A model generated the notes under the pieces. That model worked only from the letters and a program-made list of their open reading frames with translations. It was not told the origin of the DNA and did no database searches. Positions 19,431 through 27,834 of a DNA stretch of 64,000 nt are shown here, piece after piece. Every line of letters begins with the position of its first letter. Position 1 is the first letter of the stretch. The DNA comes from an uncultured Verrucomicrobiota bacterium (lineage in GTDB: Bacteria; Verrucomicrobiota; Verrucomicrobiia; Limisphaerales; UBA9464): assembly GCA_903896505.1 (NCBI GenBank), contig CAITXU010000246.1, positions 9,657 through 73,656 on the forward strand. The letters are read 5' to 3'. Made by a program: the position numbers and the translations under genes.

Positions 19431-19712
19431 CCACAAGCGCCAACCGTATCGGAGACGACGATCACGCCGGGCTCTTTATCAACCCAGGGGGGCGGGGGGG
19501 GACCCCGAAGCACGGAGGCCTTGGGCGACATTGGTTGGACGTTGCGCTTGTAGCGGATAGGTCGTTTATGGCGTTGATTTGTCCCTGGATGTCTCTTACT
19601 GTCCAACTACGTCTCTCATTGAAAATCGTGTGGATGGTTCGTTGCTGACCCCTGAGGAAAGGGCCGCATTGCAACCCCTGCTGGACTTGGGAGACGGAAT
19701 CGACTGGCTAAA

Positions 19713-20252
19713 TCAACGAGCGGGCTCCGAATCCTCGATCCGGGGCAGGTAGTGAGATTGGCACCAGTGCGGCAACTTGTAGGATTGGCGCATCGGCATG
19801 TGATGGAGGAATTCCTCTAATGATTCCAGGGTCTCCCAATAATCGTTGTTTGGAATGATATAAAGAGACTGGAGAATGAGTATGACTGCATGATTATCAT
19901 GCAGCACGTAGGGGATGAACTCCCCGTCAAACCATTTCTGCCACGCGAGTGTCGGAGAAATCTTGTCCGCGGGAAAGAGCATCAACTGGTCGGTGTGGAC
20001 TTCGCTGAGGTACCTTTGGCGGACGATTTCGTAGGCATCCAATAGCAAAACGGTATCCAGCGTTCCTCTCTTGGTGACTCTTTGGACGTTGTCATTGTCA
20101 ACTTCCAGCAGCCAGGCGGCTTTGAGGTAGAGATCGCGACAGCGAAAGCCCAAATTGCAAATCAAGTCGACGGGTAACCGCCGGTGGAATGCTGCTTGTT
20201 CTTCTGGCGGCAATAATTCCGGATCGTCAACCCAGAGATTTACGAATGCCAC
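19713..20252 (-). CDS. hypothetical protein
   Basis: 179-aa ORF with natural-looking composition and no recognised motif. Confidence 0.55.
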   Translation of the reverse strand: MAFVNLWVDDPELLPPEEQAAFHRRLPVDLICNLGFRCRDLYLKAAWLLEVDNDNVQRVTKRGTLDTVLLLDAYEIVRQRYLSEVHTDQLMLFPADKISPTLAWQKWFDGEFIPYVLHDNHAVILILQSLYIIPNNDYWETLESLEEFLHHMPMRQSYKLPHWCQSHYLPRIEDSEPAR

Positions 20253-20369
20253 GGCAATAGTGTTGCTAGGGGTTGGAAGGAGGCAGGGGGCCTGTATGCC
20301 GAGACTGGCAATGGCGGAGTACGCCCCTTGCGGAATGAACTGGCTGAGAACTGGCAGCGGTAAACGGCG

Positions 20370-21482
20370 TCATGGCGTTGGAGCGGCCGCGGGTGGTAGG
20401 ATGACCAGCCAAGTCACGAGGTCGAATTCGCTCTGGTGGGCGGTCGGTGTCTCCGCCGTCGTGGGGAGGACAGCACAGCGTGCGGTGGTAAGGTTTTTGG
20501 CCGCCTTGTCGGTAAACTCGACCGCGATGGAGTTCAGGGCAGCGGTGAGCAGGCCACTGTAGTGGGTCATGTCGGCTCCATCGTGGGTGCGCTGGTCGAA
20601 CAGGTCGCACAAGTCACGGTAAGCTGAAGGCTGGCCTGCGGCGAGATTGCGAAGCAGGAGCATGGATTTTTTGGGCTGAGCGAAGCCCAGGCGCACGGTG
20701 CCATCGTCCTGGACCAGAATGAGGTAATAGGGTGCCAGGGGATTGAGCTGGGCGACGGAGGACAGGGGGGCCGGTCCCGCCTGCCCCGGGCTTCGAGCCG
20801 GGTGCTGTGTCGTGCCCCGATGGCGGAGGCAATAGAGGACTCCGGGGCGGGCGTCATCGAAATTGGCCTGGGCGGGAACAACGGCGTAGTGCCCCTCCCC
20901 GGCCTCTTCCAGAGTCTTGCGATTGGCGGCCAGGAACTGGAGGAGATCGAGCCGGAATTCGTCGAGGGAGAAATCGGTCAGCGATACGGAGTCGTCGAGG
21001 TCTTCCAGGTCGAGCACTTCGTCCCGCAGCCGCTTGAGCTGGCGGTCGCGGAAGAGGAGGTCTTCCTTGATCAGGTCGTCCAGCTGGGTGCGGTCGAGCA
21101 AATTATCGGTCTGGGTGGCGGTCAGGTCGACCAGTGCCATGCGGGACTCGACGCGGTGTTTGGCCGGACGCTTACGAACTTTGAGGTGCCCATTCAATTC
21201 GGCGGCATGAACCGCATCGGCAATATTGAGGCGGATTTCTTCGATGTGAACTTTTGCTGACCTCAACTCTGCTTTATCTTGTAACGTGGAACCTCTACGT
21301 CTAGATTTCCTATATAAATGTCGCGTGTTATAGACACTTAACGCGAGGTAGCAATTGATATTTTCAGATGTAGAGGTCCCTCCGAGGATATTGGCGAATA
21401 CATTGTATACAGGCCGCCAAGCATTTCTAACAGCTCCTGCGCCGACTAGTAGAACTACCGGATTACCGAAGAGATTAGACAT
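20370..21482 (-). pseudogene. chimera: low-GC SIR2-like N-terminal fragment fused to the C-terminal part of an SNF2-type helicase
   Basis: VLLVGAGAV in AT-rich DNA (21180-21482), then an abrupt switch to GC-rich RVESRMALVDLTAT...DRQLKRLRDEVLDLED...DFSLDEFRLDL; no helicase core motifs. Confidence 0.65.
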
Positions 21483-21618
21483 AGAAACGACCTATAGATC
21501 ACCCAGACTTCGACTTCTCGTATAGGCTTTTGGTCATGAACTCTATCGCCAGAACAATGTGTTCGTGGTGCATAGGGTACAGCGTTCGAGCTGCATTCCA
21601 AGGAGACGAGTGCCCCAG

Positions 21619-22032
21619 CTAAGTTCTCAAAAGTAAATCGCACTGGCTGGCGATGATCGTGGCCTTCTCCTTTTGCTGTGCCTTGGTGAGCACGGGATCA
21701 TGCTCAAACCGAGGCCACCCACGGATTGCAGCGTGACGATGAGGAGGCTCGGAAACAGCAAGGGTGAGGCCTGCTTCATGCGTTGCACTTGGGCGGAAGA
21801 TGGCGGCTCCGTAAAACGGTCGCCCTACCAACGCCCCTGTCCCTATCGTCCAAAGCTGATCCTCAGGTTTGGCTCCGTGCCGAAACACGGAGGTTTCCAA
21901 ACTAGTAGTGCTCGGGAGAAAGGCGGACGGTTTAACCATCGTTGTGTTAAACTGGTTGCTCTGCGTCAGGAAACGACAGAGTTCCTCGCCATCAGAGATG
22001 ACGTCTTCAAGCCCTGACGGAAGAACTCCCAT
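21619..22032 (-). CDS. hypothetical protein, possible ADP-ribosyltransferase-like toxin
   Basis: LCRF...SAF...TSVFR...EPPHRHAAIRG pattern; overlaps the upstream gene. Confidence 0.55.
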   Translation of the reverse strand: MGVLPSGLEDVISDGEELCRFLTQSNQFNTTMVKPSAFLPSTTSLETSVFRHGAKPEDQLWTIGTGALVGRPFYGAAIFRPSATHEAGLTLAVSEPPHRHAAIRGWPRFEHDPVLTKAQQKEKATIIASQCDLLLRT

Positions 22033-22516
22033 TGAGAAGGACTGATCGGATGCCCTCCAAAACCATGGACGGAACTTCCCTTCCATCGAAAGAAGCCACG
22101 CCGTAACCTTTGTCCGAACCATTTAACCAAGAATATGCAAGGCGGTGAGTCTTGCCGACACTGAGGGAGAAAAGCCGGTTGCGCGATTGAATCCAATCGA
22201 GTGAGATCGACCCGTCGGGTTCTGGAGCAAATTCCGGGAAAGGAGCCCATCCAGGCAGGCAACGTAAAATTTGTTCCGCCGTTACTACTGCTGAAGGTTG
22301 CAGTCCAACAGCATCTTCCCCATCCCAACCGTTGCAGAAACATTCAGCGGCAAGAGCCCGCAATTCGGACTGAGCCTTTCGAAGGGGGCCAAAGCAAGCC
22401 TCCGATTTCTCGACATGAAATGCTACGACGCCCACTGCCTCGCGGCTTCTGGTTGCCACCTCCGAAACGGCGCTACTGTGGCGCACGTAACCACTCAGAA
22501 GAGCGTATGCGGTCAT
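22007..22516 (-). CDS. hypothetical protein (TIGR04255-associated)
   Basis: NGWDGEDA...P.PE..PEPDGSISLDW; ATG 22516 overlaps the TIGR04255 stop (ATGA); alternative start 22543. Confidence 0.65.
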   Translation of the reverse strand: MTAYALLSGYVRHSSAVSEVATRSREAVGVVAFHVEKSEACFGPLRKAQSELRALAAECFCNGWDGEDAVGLQPSAVVTAEQILRCLPGWAPFPEFAPEPDGSISLDWIQSRNRLFSLSVGKTHRLAYSWLNGSDKGYGVASFDGREVPSMVLEGIRSVLLNGSSSVRA

Positions 22517-23274
22517 TCCAAGGGGTGAAACAATTGCAGGCATTTTTCAGTTAGGCTTTTTAAGAATACCCGATTATTCAAACGCCGCAACGATTGAATT
22601 TGGCCCAATATCTGCTCCCACCCGTTAAGCTCTCTGGTGTTCATGGAGACCGAGCTGATGTCCAGAATCACAGGCAAACGATCTCCTTCCAAACCTTGTG
22701 AAGCCATTACCCATTCGACGACCTCCCCAGTTTCCTTTTCCAAAGCTACCCTTTGGTCCAAAAATCGCAAAAAGCTGAGGGTATCTTTATCGGGAAGTAA
22801 GGGACTATGGACGAAGTAGTCGCTCAATTGCATCGGTAGCCCTTGCAAAACCGGCAACTGAAGCAGATTGATATAGCGGAGCCGAATGAGACGGATTTGG
22901 ATCGGCAATGCCAAATCGACAAAAAGCCTCCATGCCCGCTCAATTTCCGGAAGGCAGGCGTCTAATCCACTGTATGGGGCCAACCGATTGAACGAAAAGC
23001 CCTCCCGACGCACTTGAACGATTTGTTTCTCGTCTTCACTCACGTGCTGGTGAGCAGACACACCCAGTTCAGCGGAAGCATGCGTCGGTGTTCCCGCTTT
23101 CATCTCCAGGTGATGCGTGGCGATGATTGGTTTCCGAAGTTTGGGATAACCGGACAGAAAAGCCTTCTTGAAACGATCTTCCGACCTCGCCAGGTCGAAA
23201 TCTGGCGGCAAATCACAGTCGATGTCCAAAACGACCTCAACGACGGGCGAATTCCCAAGCTTCACTGGGTGCAC
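22513..23274 (-). CDS. TIGR04255 family protein
   Basis: L.NSPVVEVVLDI, FSFNRLAPYSG, IRLRYINL, ILDI and F.KSLTEK. Confidence 0.8.
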   Translation of the reverse strand: MHPVKLGNSPVVEVVLDIDCDLPPDFDLARSEDRFKKAFLSGYPKLRKPIIATHHLEMKAGTPTHASAELGVSAHQHVSEDEKQIVQVRREGFSFNRLAPYSGLDACLPEIERAWRLFVDLALPIQIRLIRLRYINLLQLPVLQGLPMQLSDYFVHSPLLPDKDTLSFLRFLDQRVALEKETGEVVEWVMASQGLEGDRLPVILDISSVSMNTRELNGWEQILGQIQSLRRLNNRVFLKSLTEKCLQLFHPLE

Positions 23275-23299
23275 GTGATAGGCTTGCCGGACTTTTGAG

Positions 23300-24351
23300 T
23301 CAAATACGGAACACCTTCATGACTTCGTCGCCGAGGTGGTTGATCACTTTGACGGCGATGCGTCCGGAGTTGGGTTTTGCGAAGGGGCGGGAGGTGTCGT
23401 AGTTGAACGCGCAGGCGATCAGGACATCAAAACCGCCGTCCCCAGCCTCGCGGGCGGCTGAAACCAAGTCGGCGCGCTGGACGGTTCCGAATTCCGGTCC
23501 GATAAAGATGGCGGCGCGTTTCTCGACATCCCCTTCCAGGTACCGGCCCTCGGCACATACCAGGTAGCCAGGCCACGGGACCAGCGGATTGAAGCTAATG
23601 CGCCCGGCCTTGTGCGCCTGCTGGACCCCGGCAGACCGCAGGTTCTCCAGAATCATCTCCGGGAAGGTCTTTCTGGCCCGGTAATCGGGACCCCTTTCGT
23701 CGGCAGTGTCGATCAGTTCATCGTTTTCATCGACGCCCAGGACGCGATGGGGGGAGAGACTTTCCACCGTGAAGGGACCCGCCACGCGGACCTTCCTTTT
23801 GTCCTCATACGGCTTGTCGTAGAGGTATTCGAATTCTGCCTTGGCGGCGATGGAGGCATCGATTTCCCGTTGGCGGGCGATGCTGGCTTCCCACCAGGCC
23901 GCGTGGAGCTTTCGTGCCGCCTCCGACCATTTGGCGTCGGCTTCCCGGGGAATCTCCCACTCCTGCCAACTACTCTTCACGGCGGCGTTGAACTGCTCGC
24001 GCAACGGTTCGAGCGTCTTTTGCCACGTCTCCCAAATGACGTCGATTTCGGCGTTGTTGGAAATCGCCTCAAGCGTGATGTGGGGGACCCGCTCATAGAC
24101 AAAGCCGTGACGCACGTTATACCGGAACGCGGTCCCGTTAGGCGCAAATGAGGAACCGTAGGCCTCGACCTTCTTCTTTGCGCCATCGGGACTGTCGGAA
24201 AGGAGGTAGAACGGGTAGCGAGCGCCCATGATCCGGGCTCGTGCTAAAGCCAGTGCAACCCGGGACGTATCAATGGTGATCCAACGGCGCCCCATTGCTC
24301 GGCAACGTACGCAGATGTACCTGACCCGCATGTTGGGTCGAGCACCAGGTC
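23300..24351 (-). pseudogene. site-specific DNA methyltransferase (type III Mod-like) C-terminal remnant with a frameshift and an apparent internal deletion
   Basis: [20 protein letters not shown] (motif I), then a 1-bp loss in a G run near 24290 shifts into [18 protein letters not shown]...RVAGPFTVESLSPHR...GRIAVKVINHLGDEVMKVF; no DPPY motif. Confidence 0.85.
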
Positions 24352-24594
24352 TTCGGCAAGCTCGGCGAAGCGTTTGTTGCCCTGCTTGCCGGTCACAGGG
24401 TCCGGGTATCGGACAAGGTAGGAGACGTAGTCCTTCCCATCGACGGTGATGGGGTTGGCGTAAATCTTGCCGGTGACTCAACCGACTTTGACCGTGATCG
24501 GAGCGGTGCGGGTCTTGGCGGGAAGTGCGGGAGCGACGGTGCCGGAAGTGGTCGAATTCAGACCGGTCGACGTGGTAGGCGCGGGCTTAGTCAC
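24352..24594 (-). pseudogene. N-terminal remnant of a putative tyrosine integrase
   Basis: Hand translation gives ...PITVKVG*VTGKIY...[12 protein letters not shown]...[11 protein letters not shown], with an in-frame TGA at 24478-24480; lies directly beside the att site. Confidence 0.55.
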
Positions 24595-24656
24595 AGGAAC
24601 ACTGTAACTAATCCGTAATTAAAAGTCAAACCGCCGTCGTAAGTGCTTGATGCTGT

Positions 24657-24742
24657 TGGTGCCGACGGAGGGGGTCGAACCCACACTCCCATAGGGAACC
24701 AGATTTTGAGTCTAGCGCGTCTGCCAATTCCGCCACGTCGGC
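24657..24742 (-). tRNA. tRNA-Leu(CAA)
   Basis: GCCGACG/CGTCGGC acceptor stem, D-loop GGAATTGGCAGAC, anticodon loop CT-CAA-AA, long variable arm, GGTTCGACCC T-arm and encoded CCA. Confidence 0.96.
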
Positions 24743-24919
24743 CCGAGCAGCTTCAAGTCACCTTGCGACAGGTATTCATGCCCGTCCACCCCACCCTTGG
24801 CAATGAAAAGTGTCCTCAAAAACTATTCCCACCGCTGCAAGTCAGTGCAAACCATCGCCGATCTATGTCAACCGACCGTTAGCGGATGATTGACGCAACC
24901 GCTAGAACAGGGGCGTTGC

Positions 24920-25777
24920 ATGAATTCAACCGCTTATCGTCAGGTCTCGATCCTCGCCGCCCTCTTCGCCACCGCCACTCTGCTCGCCCATGAGGAGCCT
25001 TTTGGATACTCCCGTGGTGCTCAAAGTGAAGCTCAAGGGGAATGGGAGCTGACCCAGTGGTCCACCGCCCGAACCGGAAAAGAATCCGGGCGCTATTGGG
25101 GTCTCGATCTCAATACCGAGCTGGAATATGGCGTCACGGACCGGTTTCAAACCGCCCTTTATCTGAACACGGCCTATCATTTACTCGAGAATTCCCACGG
25201 CAGCAGTGAGTCGTTCGAGGACCGCAACCAGTTCGGTATCAACGGGGCTAGCTTCGAATTGAAGTATCAATTGCTCAACCCCATCCATGACCAGTGGGGC
25301 TTTGCCGTTTATTTTGAACCAGGCTATGGCTCCATCGAGGGGGTGGATGGAAGTCGGCACGACGAGTATGAATTGGAAACCAAGCTCATCCTTCAAAAGA
25401 ACTTCTTTGATGACCGGCTGATATCCGTCTTCAACTACACGCTGGAACCGGAATTTGAACGGGGTTCGGATTCCCCCTGGTCGACGCATCTCAAAATGGA
25501 GTGGACGGCGGGCACTTCGTGGAAGTTCAGCTCGCGCTGGCGGGTGGGTGTGGAAGCCCGACTGGCGACGGAATTCGAAGATGCCGATCTTCAGCGGGCC
25601 GAATACCTGGTTCTCTCCGCCGGGCCGACGGTTCATTACACCGGTGATCATTTCTTCGCGACCCTCACCGTCCTTCCGCAGGTGATCGGCTGGCCCGATG
25701 CCCGTGGCGTCGCCGGGCTGCATCTGGATGAAAAGGAAAAGATGGAGGTGCGCCTCAAGGTGGGTACGGAGTTTTAG
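24920..25777 (+). CDS. putative outer-membrane beta-barrel protein (DUF6662-like)
   Basis: Signal peptide, amphipathic beta-strands (ELEYGVTDRFQTALY, ELETKLILQKNF) and C-terminal Phe. Confidence 0.7.
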   Translation: MNSTAYRQVSILAALFATATLLAHEEPFGYSRGAQSEAQGEWELTQWSTARTGKESGRYWGLDLNTELEYGVTDRFQTALYLNTAYHLLENSHGSSESFEDRNQFGINGASFELKYQLLNPIHDQWGFAVYFEPGYGSIEGVDGSRHDEYELETKLILQKNFFDDRLISVFNYTLEPEFERGSDSPWSTHLKMEWTAGTSWKFSSRWRVGVEARLATEFEDADLQRAEYLVLSAGPTVHYTGDHFFATLTVLPQVIGWPDARGVAGLHLDEKEKMEVRLKVGTEF

Positions 25778-25815
25778 GAGGCCTCGGTGGGGGACACGAG
25801 GAAGCTGATTGAAGG

Positions 25816-25840
25816 AAAGCGGCTGGAAGCCGCTCCCACT
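25816..25840 (-). repeat. REP-like palindrome GTGGGAGCGGCTTCCAGCCGCT
   Basis: AGCGGCTGGAAGCCGCT hairpin followed by CCCAC; a related GCAGGTTTGGAGGCCTGC lies at about 27500. Confidence 0.55.
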
Positions 25841-26059
25841 TTTTTGGCGTGCTGCCCTCCGTGAAGCTTTATCGACCAAGGGATAGGTCAATTGTCAGCC
25901 ACCAAACGCGCCGGTTTGCCACCGGCTCGGAAGGTTTGGATATCTGCGGAACGGCAGGTAGAAGAAAAACCGCGCTGTCCATATATTTTTCCTCTTGCCG
26001 ATACATATCTGGATTATGTTTCAACTTGATTCTCGTAAAATTCAGGGGAGCCTTCACAG

Positions 26060-27265
26060 ATGAACGTCATCAGAATAGCTTTGATTATTTGGGCCGCATG
26101 GTCTTTAGGAGCCAGTGGTGGTGATACCGCAACCGCCATCGCGCGTGTCCAAGCCGGATTTGTGTCCGGCATCACCGTGATTTCCGGTGGTTCCGGATAT
26201 GTTTCTGTTCCGACAGTTACACTTTCCGGGGGTGGCGGAAGCGGGGCAACGGCGCAAGCAATCCTCGACGGGGATAAAGTATCCAGTATCATCGTATTGA
26301 CCGCTGGCAATGGATATACCAGCCCTCCAGAAGTATCGGTCGCAGCGCCGCCAAGGGTCTTAAGTATGCAGGTCGATCCTGTGTATAAGATAACAGTCAA
26401 TGGGGAACCGGGAAGTAACGCCTTGATTGAATGGGCAGACCACCCGTCGGGACCTTGGAATCCATGGCATGAAGTCGTCGTTAGAACGAACGGAACGGCG
26501 GAACTCGATAACCTTCCAGGCGCATCCACTAGATTCTATCGTGTTGTTCCCCTGACATCACCGAGGGGAAAATTTGGCTTTGTGTGGATTGCACCGGGGC
26601 TTCTTTGGATGGGTAGCCCTAACAGCGAGGTTGGTAGGGGTACGGACGAAGTTCAACATCTTGTTTTTTTGACTCAGGGATTCTGGCTCTCGGATCATGA
26701 AGTTACTCAGGGTGAGTATTCATCAATCACAGGAGCGAATCCCTCTTTTTTTCAGGGAGACACCAATCTCCCGGTGGAGTCCGTCACCTGGAACGACGCC
26801 GTTTCATTCTGTCAAAAATTGACAGACCGGGAGCGTGGGGCTGGTCGCATTTCCCAAAATCAGACGTATCGCCTACCAACCGAAGCGGAATGGGAGTACG
26901 CCGCCCGCGGAGGTCTGAAGGGAGCGACGTACGGGAATCTCGACACTATCGCATGGTGGTCCGAGAACTCAGGCTCCAAAAGTCACCCGGTGAAGCAGAA
27001 GTTACCGAATCCTCTGGGGTTGTACGACATGCTTGGAAACGTTGCGGAATGGTGCTCTGACTTGTACTACCCTTATGATATTAACGCGTCAGGATATATT
27101 GTTAATCCGTCAGGCGCAGCAGTGGGCGACAGTTTTGCCCACATACTTCGAGGAGGCAGCTTTTCATTGCCGAGAATCCCAGCTCGGTTCGCATGGCGTT
27201 CTTACGGGCTGTTTGATAAAGCGGACGCCTACATCGGTTTCCGGCTGGCTTTGAGTGATGAATAA
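26060..27265 (+). CDS. secreted formylglycine-generating-enzyme (SUMF1/FGE-sulfatase) domain protein
   Basis: Signal peptide, G(S/N)GY..P.V repeats, MGSP.SE, HEVTQ, PVESVTW.DA, RLPTEAEWEYAAR, GLYDMLGNVAEW, RGGS and IGFR. Confidence 0.9.
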   Translation: MNVIRIALIIWAAWSLGASGGDTATAIARVQAGFVSGITVISGGSGYVSVPTVTLSGGGGSGATAQAILDGDKVSSIIVLTAGNGYTSPPEVSVAAPPRVLSMQVDPVYKITVNGEPGSNALIEWADHPSGPWNPWHEVVVRTNGTAELDNLPGASTRFYRVVPLTSPRGKFGFVWIAPGLLWMGSPNSEVGRGTDEVQHLVFLTQGFWLSDHEVTQGEYSSITGANPSFFQGDTNLPVESVTWNDAVSFCQKLTDRERGAGRISQNQTYRLPTEAEWEYAARGGLKGATYGNLDTIAWWSENSGSKSHPVKQKLPNPLGLYDMLGNVAEWCSDLYYPYDINASGYIVNPSGAAVGDSFAHILRGGSFSLPRIPARFAWRSYGLFDKADAYIGFRLALSDE

Positions 27266-27587
27266 ATTCGACTCGACCACTCCGGGCATAGGCATTTTGA
27301 CACCATATAGGGCCATTGTCTTTAAAGCGTAGGGTAAATGCATCGGGACATAGGAGGTCTCAGAAAAAGAACGAGCAGATCGAGTCGATGACACAGAATA
27401 TTTGTTGGTAAGTCAGTTCCCGGTGCATCGTTGGCAGGCAAACGGGCCTGTCAATTGTTGACATTCAACCCGCAAACGCACCGATTTGCCGCCGACTCGG
27501 CAGGTTTGGAGGCCTGCGGAACGGCAGCATCCCACCCGTGGCGCTCCGGGGTCAGGCCGGGGATAACTTGCGGGGCGGGCCTGGCAC

Positions 27588-27640
27588 GGACCGCCGCGGC
27601 TCGGCCGGAGCCTCGCCCTACCGATGTGACTGTGATTCAT
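27588..27640 (-). repeat. GTAG-type REP, same family as 15604-15990
   Basis: GGACCGCCGCGGCTCGGCCGGAGCCTCGCCCTACCGATGTGAC. Confidence 0.8.
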
Positions 27641-27834
27641 TAGGTTGCAGACGAATCAACTGTTGAGGTCAAAAGCTGTTGTTTGGAAGGTAGGAATACC
27701 CGCGCTGCGGGGGGCCGGGAGCCGTCGGTGCAATTCCTGTACCTGGGTGGGAAACGTACGACACACGGTGTCTTTTTCCGGCGGTCATTCATTTCATCCT
27801 TCAACCGGCGTCCATTCCGTTCTCTGATTTGTCC

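Larger units (their letters stand above)
16079..24679. mobile_element. decayed genomic island integrated in the 3' end of tRNA-Leu(CAA)
   Basis: Identical 28-bp direct repeats GCTGTTGGTGCCGACGGAGGGGGTCGAA at 16079-16106 and 24652-24679; cargo of TA genes, RM/helicase fragments and an integrase-like stub. Confidence 0.9.

Noticed and set aside
16290-19500. Integron cassette array
   Set aside because: No intI gene and no convincing attC sites (RYYYAAC...GTTRRRY); the genes lie in mixed orientations.
24478-24480. In-frame TGA as selenocysteine or readthrough
   Set aside because: It lies in a fragment with other lesions and no SECIS-like context was seen; a nonsense mutation is simpler.
26900-27420. 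Diversity-generating retroelement targeting the FGE/C-type-lectin domain
   Set aside because: I found no template repeat differing at adenines and no reverse transcriptase in the window; targeting in trans cannot be excluded.
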